Notes: generated from the letters alone by a model not told the origin. A DNA stretch of 63,952 nt, filler included, from a bacterium (GCA_024278215.1; 7 parts of 7 records of this genome joined end to end with filler, not necessarily neighbours in it); one strand, 5' to 3'; shown: positions 1 to 10,240, numbered from the whole stretch's first letter. Program-made: numbers and translations.

Positions 1-1
1 C

Positions 2-625
2 ATAACGCAGGGTGCGTCAATCCCCGTGCCTCTGCAGATCGGTCTCGGCGTAAGACCTGTAGCCGACCAGAAAATGTTCCTCCAGGGCAACCTCGTGCAG
101 ACCGAACACCAGTACGACATAGCCATCGAGGGCGAAGGGTTCTTCCAGATACGGCTCCCCAACGGCGAAATCGCATACAGCAGGGACGGCTCGTTCAAGA
201 TCGACAAGGACGGCAGTCTCGTCACGGCGAACGGCTACTACGTGGAACCGGCAATGACAATCCCGCAGGATACGCTGCACTTCAACGTAACGGAAGACGG
301 GGCGGTAACGGTCAATCTCCCCGGCCAGGTGGACCCCCAGCAGATCGGGCAGTTCACGCTCGTCAGGTGGATCAACCCCGCCGGTCTAAACAGGATCGGC
401 AACAACCTGTTTGTTGAAACAGCCGCATCCGGCCCACCCATCGAAGGCCAGCCGACACTCGAAGGATTCGGCAATCTCAGACAACTATTCCTCGAACAGT
501 CAAACGTCAAGATGGTCGAGGAAATGGTCGACCTGATCGTCGCACAGCGTGCTTATGAAGTCAACTCGAAAGCGATCCAGACTTCAGACGACATGCTCGG
601 CGTAGCGACCAATCTGAAACGCTGA
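2..625 (+). CDS. flgG: Flagellar basal-body rod protein FlgG (5' partial)
   Basis: QIGLGV, DIAIEGEGFFQI, YSRDGSF and the C-terminal LEQSNVKMVEEMVDLIVAQRAYEVNSKAIQTSD; frame is open from the window start. Confidence 0.95.
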   Translation: MTQGASIPVPLQIGLGVRPVADQKMFLQGNLVQTEHQYDIAIEGEGFFQIRLPNGEIAYSRDGSFKIDKDGSLVTANGYYVEPAMTIPQDTLHFNVTEDGAVTVNLPGQVDPQQIGQFTLVRWINPAGLNRIGNNLFVETAASGPPIEGQPTLEGFGNLRQLFLEQSNVKMVEEMVDLIVAQRAYEVNSKAIQTSDDMLGVATNLKR

Positions 626-693
626 TAGTCCATAGATAAATCTTTCGGGGAACCGCACGGGCCGCGCCGGCAACAAATGCAAGCGGGTGGCCC

Positions 694-1695
694 GTGCGGA
701 AGGTGAATTCGGAAACCGGGGTGATAGACATAACAATCCGCCAGACGATTATCATAACAGCTCTTATTGCGCTGGCCGCGCAATCTTCGCTCGCTATGGG
801 GCTTATTTCAGTAGTCGATTCGGCTACCGTAACAGCTCGCACGATAACAGTCGGCGACATCGCGTCCATCTCCGGAATCACTGATCAGCAAAAAGAAAAA
901 ATCGCAAGCCTGAGTTTCGACACGGCACCACCGCCGGACAGGACAAAAACCCTGAACGCAAGACAGATCAAAGGGCGGCTATACAACGCAGGTGTCAAGG
1001 TCGATAATTTCAAACTGGATATACCCGATCAGATTTCCATACACCGCGAGGCCACCATCGTCAAAGGCGAAGACATAATGGCAGCCGCCCGGCAGTACTT
1101 GCGGCGAAACATGATATGGAATGTGGATTCGGTGGAAATCGCGGTAAAACGTGTGCCACGGGATATTACGCTCGAATACGGGGAAGTTAACTTCGATTTT
1201 GTGATGGACACGGACCCGAAGAAGTACGGAGTGCAAAACTTCAGGGTCCTTATAAAACAGAACGGAGAAACTGTTCGCATAATCAGCCTTGCAACATATT
1301 TCCGTATCATGGCCAATGTCGTAGTGGCGGCAGTCGACATGGAAGCAGGACATGTAATCGGCGAAAACGATTTAACATACAGCAAAAAGGACCTCGGCAC
1401 ACTAAGGCCCGGCGCTTATGATAAGGCCGAACCACTGATAGGAAAACGTGTTTTTCGCTTGATAGGGAAAGGCGAATTGATCACACACACAAACGTGGAA
1501 GAGGTCCCCGACATAAATACCGGGGACATGGTCAATCTGGTAATCAGGGGCCCGAGTTTTGAAATCTCCGCACAGGGCAAAGCGCTGCACAAGGGCTACA
1601 TCGGAGACACGATAAAAGTCCTGAATATACAATCGCGAAAAGTTCTGCACGGACTTGTAGTTGATTCGAGCACAGTGGCAATCATCGGCCCGTAA
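694..1695 (+). CDS. flgA: Flagellar P-ring formation chaperone FlgA
   Basis: Signal-like N-terminus; C-terminal SAF/ChapFlgA motif GKALHKGYIGDTIKVLNIQSRKVLHG; lies between flgG and flgH; exact start uncertain. Confidence 0.85.
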   Translation: MRKVNSETGVIDITIRQTIIITALIALAAQSSLAMGLISVVDSATVTARTITVGDIASISGITDQQKEKIASLSFDTAPPPDRTKTLNARQIKGRLYNAGVKVDNFKLDIPDQISIHREATIVKGEDIMAAARQYLRRNMIWNVDSVEIAVKRVPRDITLEYGEVNFDFVMDTDPKKYGVQNFRVLIKQNGETVRIISLATYFRIMANVVVAAVDMEAGHVIGENDLTYSKKDLGTLRPGAYDKAEPLIGKRVFRLIGKGELITHTNVEEVPDINTGDMVNLVIRGPSFEISAQGKALHKGYIGDTIKVLNIQSRKVLHGLVVDSSTVAIIGP

Positions 1696-1726
1696 ATGTG
1701 CCCGTAAATGTGAAGGAGTTTTTTTC

Positions 1727-2308
1727 ATGAAAAGAATTATCATAATGATGGCAATTGCGGCAGTATTGGGCGTTTTCGCAGTGAAGGCACCGGCGACATC
1801 GCTCTGGACCGACACTTCCGACTCGCTCTACGCAGACCAGAAAGCACTTTTCGTCGGTGATATCGTGACAATAGTGGTAAGCGAACGAACAAGCGCGACA
1901 CAGAACGCCAAAACGGGTATCAAGCAGAGCACCAACCCAACCGGCAAGTCCGGAGAAGGCCTCATCAGCAAATTCCTTCAGAATTTCGATTACAAAGCGC
2001 AGGACTCATACAGCGCGGACGGCAAAACCAATGCGGGAAGCACACTGAACACGACCATCAGCGCCGAAGTAGTCGAGATATTGCCCAACGGCAACCTGAT
2101 AATCGAAGCGCGCAGATCACTCGTTGTCAACGCGGAAACACAGACGATGATCCTCTCGGGCATAATCCGCAGCCAGGATGTTGTGCGCGACAATCGCGTG
2201 TCTTCACAGCGGATTGCAAACCTCAGCATAAGGTACCAGGGCAAAGGCCCGATCTCGAATCGTCAGAGGCCCGGCATCCTCAACAAAATATTCAACATGA
2301 TCTTCTAA
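1727..2308 (+). CDS. flgH: Flagellar L-ring protein FlgH
   Basis: SLW..., VGDIVTIVVSE, VVEILPNGNLIIEA and SGIIRSQDV motifs; AAGGAG RBS before ATG 1727. Confidence 0.92.
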   Translation: MKRIIIMMAIAAVLGVFAVKAPATSLWTDTSDSLYADQKALFVGDIVTIVVSERTSATQNAKTGIKQSTNPTGKSGEGLISKFLQNFDYKAQDSYSADGKTNAGSTLNTTISAEVVEILPNGNLIIEARRSLVVNAETQTMILSGIIRSQDVVRDNRVSSQRIANLSIRYQGKGPISNRQRPGILNKIFNMIF

Positions 2309-2324
2309 CACGGGAAGGGAAACA

Positions 2325-3416
2325 ATGAGAACGTCAATAAAAGTAGTTCTAACAGCAATATTCGCAATTACAATCACGGCAACCACGACACTGGGCGCGG
2401 TCAGGCTCAAGGACATTGCGCGTGTCGAAGGCGTGCGCGAGAACCAGTTGCTGGGATACGGCATAGTCGTGGGGCTGGACGGTACCGGCGACGGCATAAC
2501 CATGACAAAACAGACTGTCGCAAACATGATTCAAAGACTCGGTCTGACACTGGACATCAATCAAATCAATGTGGACAACATAGGTGCTGTCATGGTCACA
2601 GCCAACCTGCCCGCTTTCGCAAAACCCGGCGACACCATAGATGTAGTAGTGTCATCCGTCGGCGACGCCAATAGCCTTCAGGGCGGCACACTGATTATGA
2701 CCGCCCTCAAAGGCGCGGACGACAGGGTCTACGCAGTGGCCCAGGGCCCGGTCTCACTCGGCGGCTGGACAACCGGCAAGGGAGGCGCCAACAAGAAAAA
2801 GGGGCATCCCACAGTCGGCAGGATACCGGACGGGGCAACGGTCGAGCGCGAGGTGCCCACCGAGATCCTCGAAAACGACAGACTCTTCCTCACACTGCAC
2901 AATCCCGACTTCACAACCGCCAGCAATATTGTCAGGGCCATCAATTTCAGAAACGGCAACGATATTGCTAAAGCAGTGGATCCTTCCACTATCGAGATCA
3001 TACCGCCTGCGGATGCTATCGACGATATTGTTCCCTTTATCGCCGATCTCGAAAATATTCCGGTCGAGCAAGACCAGGTTGCCCGTGTTGTCATCAACGA
3101 AAAAACCGGCACAATCGTCATGGGCGGCGACGTGACGATCTCTCCGGTCGCCATCGCCCACGGTACTCTCACAATAACCGTAAAACCACAGACCGACGTA
3201 TACCTTCCCGGCCCGTTCACCGACGTGAACAAAGCGACAACCGTCGAAACCAACGATGTCACAGCCGAAGAGAAAAAAGTAGCATTCAACCGCGTGTCGA
3301 CGGGAGATGTTGTTGACGCACTCAATAAAATGGGCGTATCCGCAAGTGACATCATCGCCATCCTGCAGGCACTGAAAGTGTCGGGAGCGCTGCAAGCAGA
3401 AGTAATAACAATGTAA
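2325..3416 (+). CDS. flgI: Flagellar P-ring protein FlgI
   Basis: RLKDIARVEGVRENQLLGYGIVVGLDGTGD ... ILQALKVSGALQAE. Confidence 0.97.
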   Translation: MRTSIKVVLTAIFAITITATTTLGAVRLKDIARVEGVRENQLLGYGIVVGLDGTGDGITMTKQTVANMIQRLGLTLDINQINVDNIGAVMVTANLPAFAKPGDTIDVVVSSVGDANSLQGGTLIMTALKGADDRVYAVAQGPVSLGGWTTGKGGANKKKGHPTVGRIPDGATVEREVPTEILENDRLFLTLHNPDFTTASNIVRAINFRNGNDIAKAVDPSTIEIIPPADAIDDIVPFIADLENIPVEQDQVARVVINEKTGTIVMGGDVTISPVAIAHGTLTITVKPQTDVYLPGPFTDVNKATTVETNDVTAEEKKVAFNRVSTGDVVDALNKMGVSASDIIAILQALKVSGALQAEVITM

Positions 3417-3429
3417 TATAAATAAAGAG

Positions 3430-3861
3430 GTGAACGACTTGAACTTTTCAGGAATAACCAGTCCGCTCGGAGCACCTAAGGAAACAACCGGTGATACATT
3501 TGCCGGAGAGCTCAAAAACCGCCTGGGCAACATACACACGCCGGACGCCGCGTCGGCGAAAGAAATGAAACAGCTCAAAGAGGCTGTCCAGGGTTTCGAA
3601 TCCTATTTCCTCTACATTCTAATGAAGGAAATGCGAAAAACTGTACCGGAAACAGGATTTATCAACGGTGGAAACGCCGAAAAGATTTTCAGGGACCAAC
3701 TCGACCAGGAACTGACTATACAGATGGCGAAAGCTCCGGGCGGTATCGGTATCGGAAAGATGCTCTACGATCAGCTCGCAAAACCCATGCTGAAACCCAC
3801 CGCGACGGCGGACGTCTCCACGACACCGATACAGGGAGACTCGCTGCCGCTCCGGCGATGA
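3430..3861 (+). CDS. flgJ: Rod-binding protein FlgJ (short form, no muramidase domain)
   Basis: LKEAVQGFESYFLYILMKEMRKTVP ... GIGKMLYDQL; follows flgI. Confidence 0.85.
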   Translation: MNDLNFSGITSPLGAPKETTGDTFAGELKNRLGNIHTPDAASAKEMKQLKEAVQGFESYFLYILMKEMRKTVPETGFINGGNAEKIFRDQLDQELTIQMAKAPGGIGIGKMLYDQLAKPMLKPTATADVSTTPIQGDSLPLRR

Positions 3862-5036
3862 ATATTATGGCTATAAAAGTTCTAATTCTTAAATATCTGG
3901 GCCGCGCAGCGCCTTACGTGATGGATGACTTCCACGACTATTTCAACTCATGCGGCCATGAGGCGCTATTGCTGGATTTCCCCAGAATCAAGGAGAAATG
4001 CAAAACCGGAGAGGAAAAGTCGACGATATTGTACACAACCATGCTGAATGCGCTCAGCGAGTTCAAACCCGATATGGTAATGGGCTACGGAGCAACATCG
4101 GCATTCGCACTTTCACTTCAAAGCGGCAATATCATCAACCTTGTAACTATGCTGAAGATTCCGTGCGTCTCGATATACTACGACAACCCGCTTACCCCCA
4201 GTTGCTTCGACTCTTCGCATCCACTCATGGATAGTAACCTGAGCTACTTTTTTATCTGGGACAGGCACTATGTCAATGAGTTCAAGAAACTGGGCATAGA
4301 AAAATCATATTATTGCCCCATAGCAGCCAATATAAGAAGGTTTAAGAAGTTTCCCCGAAATGATGATGACGCACAGCGGTTCGGCGCCGATGTTTCTTTC
4401 GTGGGGTCATATACCCTGAAACGCGAACTGATCCTGCGCCCGCTGCTCGACGCCGGGCTCGACCTCGTTATCTGGGGTTACGACTGGGATAAAGCGGCCG
4501 ACCCCCGCTTCCGTGCCGCCAACCGCGGCGTGGCCGACAACCAGACGGAACTGGTCAAAGTATACAACTACAGCAAAGTGAACATAAACATAACAGTGGA
4601 CCAGGGCATATCGAGCCTCAACATGCGGGTCTTCGACTGCATAGCGTCCGGCGGATTCCTCGTCTCGGACTACAAAAGCGATTTCGACGAACTGTTCGAC
4701 AAAGACGAAGTTGTAACATACAAAAGGAACACGGAATTGCCCGGCATCGTGAAATATTACCTCGAACACGAAGACGAAAGAATCGCAATGGCAAGAAAAG
4801 CACGGAAAAAAGTGCTGGCTGAACACAATTACGCCAAAAGAGTCGAATTTATAGTAAAAACAATGGAAGAAGAAGGCGCTTTCGACGGTGGAAAATGGTG
4901 GCGGAAACTTGGACCCGTAAATGAAGCGCTTTCACAGATTTTCACACTGGTTCCGTCAGGAGCAGAAGCTACAGAAGACGAACCTTCAAAGCTTGAGATA
5001 GAAGAAAATGAATATGAGGAGTCAGTCTCTCAATGA
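3858..5036 (+). CDS. CgeB-like (GT-B) glycosyltransferase
   Basis: DVSFVGS, YNYSKVNINI, NMRVFDCIASGGFLVSD and EHNYAKRV motifs; overlaps flgJ and flgN (ATGA coupling). Confidence 0.8.
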   Translation: MNIMAIKVLILKYLGRAAPYVMDDFHDYFNSCGHEALLLDFPRIKEKCKTGEEKSTILYTTMLNALSEFKPDMVMGYGATSAFALSLQSGNIINLVTMLKIPCVSIYYDNPLTPSCFDSSHPLMDSNLSYFFIWDRHYVNEFKKLGIEKSYYCPIAANIRRFKKFPRNDDDAQRFGADVSFVGSYTLKRELILRPLLDAGLDLVIWGYDWDKAADPRFRAANRGVADNQTELVKVYNYSKVNINITVDQGISSLNMRVFDCIASGGFLVSDYKSDFDELFDKDEVVTYKRNTELPGIVKYYLEHEDERIAMARKARKKVLAEHNYAKRVEFIVKTMEEEGAFDGGKWWRKLGPVNEALSQIFTLVPSGAEATEDEPSKLEIEENEYEESVSQ

Positions 5037-5542
5037 GTGAAAACACAATAGCGAATCCATGGAATGCCCTCTGCGACATAATAGACGGACTTAACAGCGA
5101 ATATGAAAAACTGCAAGTGATCATGCACACAAAACAGCGACTTCTGATAGAAAACAAGAACAGCGAGTTCCAGGAACTGAACAAAGAGGAGCAGGCTTTT
5201 ATAAACGAAATTGAAAAGATGGAAAACAAAAGACTGGAAATCTCAAAAGCCTGTATGCCGGATTCGGACGGGCCTCCGACGCTGCAACAACTTCTCGAAA
5301 CTGCACCGGAAGACGTCAGGGAATCTCTCGAACTTAATGCAGTGAAACTGATGGAACAACTCAACGGCATAGCATCAGCGAATCGCGGAGTGTACGAACT
5401 GATAAATGAAGCAATGAATTTTGTGAATTTCCAGTTGAACCTGCTGGGCACCGAACAGGAAAAAGTAACTATATACGAGGGATCGGGCAAGATGCGTGAC
5501 CAGAAACCCAAGATGAAAGGCATCTTCAACCAGAAAGCATAA
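5033..5542 (+). CDS. flgN: Flagellar export chaperone FlgN
   Basis: Helical 169-aa protein with NxxxxxLI...NF pattern, directly upstream of flgK. Confidence 0.75.
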   Translation: MSENTIANPWNALCDIIDGLNSEYEKLQVIMHTKQRLLIENKNSEFQELNKEEQAFINEIEKMENKRLEISKACMPDSDGPPTLQQLLETAPEDVRESLELNAVKLMEQLNGIASANRGVYELINEAMNFVNFQLNLLGTEQEKVTIYEGSGKMRDQKPKMKGIFNQKA

Positions 5543-5634
5543 TCACCTGGCGGCATTGCTATAGCAGCCCGGCCCGCCGATAACAGCGCAGACTTCTAAT
5601 CTGCGCACTATGACATGAAAGATGAGGAGAAACA

Positions 5635-8211
5635 ATGAGATCGACATTTTTCGGAATCGAAACAATGAGACGCGCGCTCTTGAGCCAGCGCACTGTAATG
5701 GACACAGTCGGGCACAATATAGCAAACGCAAGCACAAAGGGCTACAGCAGGCAGAGAGTTTCCCTGACACCCACAGGCGCGTTCCCTTACCCCGGCACCA
5801 ACCGGGTGTACGGTGCGGGCCAGATCGGCACTGGAGTTATCGTCGAGTCGATCTCGCGAGTGCGCGATCAATTCGTCGACGGACAGGTGCGAGTCGGCCT
5901 GACCTCCACGGCGCAGCTTAACGTCGAAAAAAGCACTCTCAGCCAGATCGAAAATGTCTTTATGGAACCGGCGACCACACAGGGCTTCAGCGGCGCGATG
6001 GGTGACTTCTTCGACGCATGGCAGGAAATCAGCAAGTATCCCGACAACACCGCCGCACGCAACCAGGTCATTGCCATGGGACAGAATATGACCGATGTCA
6101 TCAGAAATATCGACCAGACTCTGCGCGACATCAGGGTCGATCTCAACGGCCAGATACAAAAAGATGTCGCGATCGTCAATGGAATATTAAAAGACATAGC
6201 GAGCCTTACCCCGGAAATCGCCAAAGTATTCACTCATGGAATGTCACCCAACGATCTGCTCGACAAACGCGACCTGCTGATCGACGAATTATCCCAGTAT
6301 GTTAATGTCGATGTCCAGGACAGCGAATACCTCGGCGGACTCGCCATCAGTATCGGTGGTCGTGAGTTGATGCGCAACGATACTGTATACGACCTTACTC
6401 TCGAACCCAACTGGGACCATCCGTCACAAAATACAAAAACCCCTTACATGAACGACGTGTCACAGTCCGACTTTTACATGCTCTCGCAATTCAGCGCGGG
6501 CGAACTCAAAGGCGCCATAAACTCCCGCGACGTCATCCTCCCCGAAGTACAGAGCAAATTCGAGGAAGTTGTCAGCACCTTCGTCAATTCGGTCAATAAT
6601 GTGCACAGCCAGGGACTCGGCATCTCTGTCGAGGATTACAGCACATTCGGTGCCGGCACTACAGCGAAGATCAGCAATAACGCCAATTACGCCCAGATCG
6701 CCGCCACCGATACACAATATTTCTCCGTAGGAGAACAGATTCAGATCGTCGACCCGACCGACGACTCAAAAACTATCACCGTCACAATAACCGACATACA
6801 GACCGACGGCACAGGCAACGGACGGCTCTACTTCGACAATATCGGCTCACTTGTAAAAACCGAAGAACAGGCCGCGGGTGTCTACACGGATGTTACTTTC
6901 GATATTGACGCCGGCGCAGAAATCAGGAAACTTGTCGTGGACAAATATAACTTCTTCGAGACCAACGAGCTTCTCTCGAGAAACCTCGTCGGAGACACAA
7001 GCCCCGATTATTACAACCAGATGACAAGCACGATCAAATTCCCTCCTGGCGTAAGCCTCGACACCACCATCGGCGAACTCGAAAACATTCTCGGCGTCCA
7101 GATCGCCCCCTCCAACGCCACAAACGCTCCAAGGCTCAGACTCGACAACAACGCCCTCACAGACACCATTGACGACAACATGACACTCGAAGAAGTTTTC
7201 CGCAGAATCCAGAAAGTACATCCACTCACAAACGACGGCAATGCTTTCGGAATCAAATTCGACGAAGTAAACCATAACGTCGTGTTAACCGGCGTCACCT
7301 ATAACGCGCTCGCAGAACTTGGCGGTGAGAACGGCAGCGAGTGCAACCTGTTCAGAATACTCGGCTTTGAAGGCCAGAACCTGTCGAGCTATGCGCTTCA
7401 GGAAGGAACACAACTCAACACTACGCTCGGCGACCTCGGCATAAGCAATGGCTGGATTCAGATAGACAACACGCTCATTCAAATAGACAACTCCGTAACA
7501 CTCCAGGCCGGCATCAACGACATAAACGCCGCACTGAACAATACAGTGGAAGCAAAATCGTACAACACACAGATTTTCTTCGACGAAGGCACGCGACGCC
7601 TGCGAATCGTATCGGATCACGCCTTTTCCGCCGACACCCCCGACCCGTCGATATTCCCGGCAACACCACCGAACGCCGCATCAAACTTCCTCACAGTCAC
7701 CGGCCTCCAACAACAGGATTCCGCGCCGACCTATTCAAAAAAACAATCTCTCATTTCCACAACAACATCCGACATCGGCGCCCGCCTCTCTGTCAATTCC
7801 GCCCTCATCGAAGATGTCAATAGAATAGCTTCGGCGTCATCTTACGCAGGCATACCGGGCGACAACTCGATTGCCCTCGAAATAGCCTCCCTCAAAAACG
7901 CAATGCTGATGGGCGATTCATCCACGGGCAGACTCGGTTCACCGACTCTGACAATCGACGATTCCTATAACGACATAATCGCCGATGTCGGCGTGAAATC
8001 GGCAACAACCCAGAACTCCGCCGACGCCGCCGACAAGTTCCTCGAATATTATCAGAACAGGCAGCAGGAAGTATCAGGCGTGTCGCTGGACGAGGAAATG
8101 ACAATACTCATCGAAGCCCAGCATTCCTTTCAGGCAGCATCAAGGATGATCAATGTCGTTGACGAAATGCTAAGCACTGTGATCAACAATATGGGACTGG
8201 CGGGCAGATAA
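5635..8211 (+). CDS. flgK: Hook-associated protein FlgK (858 aa, long central insert)
   Basis: GHNIANASTKGYSRQRV; SGVSLDEEM...QHSFQAASRMI. Confidence 0.95.
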   Translation: MRSTFFGIETMRRALLSQRTVMDTVGHNIANASTKGYSRQRVSLTPTGAFPYPGTNRVYGAGQIGTGVIVESISRVRDQFVDGQVRVGLTSTAQLNVEKSTLSQIENVFMEPATTQGFSGAMGDFFDAWQEISKYPDNTAARNQVIAMGQNMTDVIRNIDQTLRDIRVDLNGQIQKDVAIVNGILKDIASLTPEIAKVFTHGMSPNDLLDKRDLLIDELSQYVNVDVQDSEYLGGLAISIGGRELMRNDTVYDLTLEPNWDHPSQNTKTPYMNDVSQSDFYMLSQFSAGELKGAINSRDVILPEVQSKFEEVVSTFVNSVNNVHSQGLGISVEDYSTFGAGTTAKISNNANYAQIAATDTQYFSVGEQIQIVDPTDDSKTITVTITDIQTDGTGNGRLYFDNIGSLVKTEEQAAGVYTDVTFDIDAGAEIRKLVVDKYNFFETNELLSRNLVGDTSPDYYNQMTSTIKFPPGVSLDTTIGELENILGVQIAPSNATNAPRLRLDNNALTDTIDDNMTLEEVFRRIQKVHPLTNDGNAFGIKFDEVNHNVVLTGVTYNALAELGGENGSECNLFRILGFEGQNLSSYALQEGTQLNTTLGDLGISNGWIQIDNTLIQIDNSVTLQAGINDINAALNNTVEAKSYNTQIFFDEGTRRLRIVSDHAFSADTPDPSIFPATPPNAASNFLTVTGLQQQDSAPTYSKKQSLISTTTSDIGARLSVNSALIEDVNRIASASSYAGIPGDNSIALEIASLKNAMLMGDSSTGRLGSPTLTIDDSYNDIIADVGVKSATTQNSADAADKFLEYYQNRQQEVSGVSLDEEMTILIEAQHSFQAASRMINVVDEMLSTVINNMGLAGR

Positions 8212-8213
8212 AG

Positions 8214-8262
8214 GAGCCAATTGCAGCCAGCCACAGCAAAATCGGAATTTTGCAATCGGCAC
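8214..8262 (-). mobile_element. 49-bp internally deleted derivative of MITE family A
   Basis: GAGCCAATTGCAGCC...AATTTTGCAATCGGCAC, flanked by AAAG on both sides. Confidence 0.8.
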
Positions 8263-8267
8263 AAAGG

Positions 8268-8294
8268 TAAAGTAATCGGCAAATATGCCGATAT
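8268..8294 (+). promoter_or_regulatory. Sigma28 (FliA/SigD) promoter for flgL
   Basis: TAAA-N15-GCCGATAT exact consensus match, ending 36 nt before the flgL start. Confidence 0.8.
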
Positions 8295-8330
8295 ATAATA
8301 TAGATAAAAACATTCGAATGGAGTGGGCTT

Positions 8331-9560
8331 ATGCTTACAGGAGGATACTCAAGAGTAACAAACACGATGATGACGAATACTTTTATTCGCGACATCCATC
8401 GCAATCTCAGCACAATAGATAAATTACAACGACAAATATCCACAGGCAAGAAAATACAATATCCTTCCGACGATCCTGTCGGGGCAGACCGCGCGCTGGA
8501 CTATCGCCAGACAGTAAACGAACTTGACCAGTATTCAAAAAATGTCGACGATGCGAACACGCTTGCCAGCAATATCGACACAGTGTTCCAGCACATGGAA
8601 GACCTCCTGCTGCGAGTTCGTGACCTGGCGGTCAGAGCATCCAATGAAGCGCCTCAAAACCAGGCGAACAGAGACACCATCGCCGACGAAATCAACAGCC
8701 TTCTCAGCGCAATGGTCTCCCAGGCCAACCAGAAATTCGACGGCAAATATCTTTTCTCAGGCCTGAAAACCGGCACGACACCTTTCGAGGCAAAAACCAG
8801 CATCACATTCAACTATACGACAGGTGCAGGCGGCAACATGGAGATAGAGATGCCATCTACCACCATAGAAGGCACCACAACACAATCCGATGCCATCACC
8901 GACACCAACTCGGTCAAAGCGGTTCTCGTCAACGGGCAAAACTATGTAACGGCACTCGGCGGCTCGTACACTGTGGACCCGACAACAAATATCATCACGC
9001 TGGCCGGCGGCCCTGCATTAAACGATTCAGACGTGGTCGAGCTGAGATTCGACAAAGTCGTCTCTGTCGATTACAACGGCGACATGGCAACCAGAGAAGT
9101 GGAAATCAGCGAAGGCACAACAGTGAAAATGTCCTACGCCGGTGCCGTGTCCAACGATGCAAACACCCAATCAGTATTCGGAAAGTACAGCGGCGAAGGC
9201 ACCGACATGGCATCGGTCGAAGCATTCCAGAAAATGATGCAACTTAGAGACAATATTTACAAATACGGCAACGGCGGAACAATAGATGATATCATGAAGG
9301 GCATCGACGACATCGACGACGTCAGGGAGACGATAACCAACGCGCGGTCCGAACAGGGTGGTCGCGTCAACCGGCTCGAACTTGCAAAAAACCGTATAGA
9401 ACAAATGAACATTTACACATCAAAAATACTTTCAGACCGTGAAAATGTCGACATGGCCGAGGCAATCAGCGAACTCGTACTTGCCCAGAATATCTATCAG
9501 GCATCCCTCCAGTCCGGAGCAAAAATTATTCAGACAACACTACTTGACTTTTTACGGTAA
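8331..9560 (+). CDS. flgL: Hook-associated protein FlgL
   Basis: QISTGKKIQYPSDDPV; DGKYLFSG; YQASLQSGAKIIQTTLLDFLR. Confidence 0.95.
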   Translation: MLTGGYSRVTNTMMTNTFIRDIHRNLSTIDKLQRQISTGKKIQYPSDDPVGADRALDYRQTVNELDQYSKNVDDANTLASNIDTVFQHMEDLLLRVRDLAVRASNEAPQNQANRDTIADEINSLLSAMVSQANQKFDGKYLFSGLKTGTTPFEAKTSITFNYTTGAGGNMEIEMPSTTIEGTTTQSDAITDTNSVKAVLVNGQNYVTALGGSYTVDPTTNIITLAGGPALNDSDVVELRFDKVVSVDYNGDMATREVEISEGTTVKMSYAGAVSNDANTQSVFGKYSGEGTDMASVEAFQKMMQLRDNIYKYGNGGTIDDIMKGIDDIDDVRETITNARSEQGGRVNRLELAKNRIEQMNIYTSKILSDRENVDMAEAISELVLAQNIYQASLQSGAKIIQTTLLDFLR

Positions 9561-9727
9561 TGGAGTATAATAGGATACAATACTAATATTAAAGCCACAG
9601 GCTGTACGTGAAGTAAGCGTACTTATGTCAATCCCTCACAGGTTTCACCCAATCGACAACAAAGTCAAATTTTAAGGTATGCGGCTTTAGGATATAGCCG
9701 TATTGATATTTTTCAAGGAGGATACCT

Positions 9728-10204
9728 TTGAAGGTAACCACCACTCGATTTGGTGAGCTTGAGGTAGCAGACGAAGAAATATTTGAACTTACTTCACCGC
9801 TGCCCGGATTCCCGGAAACAATACATTTTTTCTTGATCCAGAAGGACAAGATAGCGCCCTTTCAGTGGTTGCAATCCGTTGAAGAGGCAAATTTAACTTT
9901 TGTAGTAGTAGAACCATATCATTTTTTTCACGACTATTATCCTAAAATCAGCGCTTTCGACGCCGGTGAGATCAAAGCGGAACGAGCAGAGGAAATAAGA
10001 CTATTCGTAATTGTCGTTCTGCCGGAAGATATGACAAAAATGACGGCAAACCTGCGAGGACCACTGATCATCAATCCAAAACAAGGCAAAATCAAACAGG
10101 TTTTTATCGAAACAGACAGATGGACTGTCAGAGAATCAATTGTAGAAGCCATAAAAAGAAAAGAACAGGCAACAATAGAGAAAAATAAGCAGGAAAAAGC
10201 ATAG
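9728..10204 (+). CDS. fliW: Flagellar assembly factor FliW
   Basis: TTRFG, PFQWLQS and MTANLRGPLIIN motifs; TTG start with AGGAGG RBS. Confidence 0.93.
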   Translation: MKVTTTRFGELEVADEEIFELTSPLPGFPETIHFFLIQKDKIAPFQWLQSVEEANLTFVVVEPYHFFHDYYPKISAFDAGEIKAERAEEIRLFVIVVLPEDMTKMTANLRGPLIINPKQGKIKQVFIETDRWTVRESIVEAIKRKEQATIEKNKQEKA

Positions 10205-10240
10205 GAAAACAGTCGTTTATGAGCCAGGAGGGCCGGGAGC

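Noticed and set aside
5576-5583. GCCGATAA sigma28 -10 box upstream of flgK
   Set aside because: No TAAA -35 at 15-nt spacing; insufficient support.
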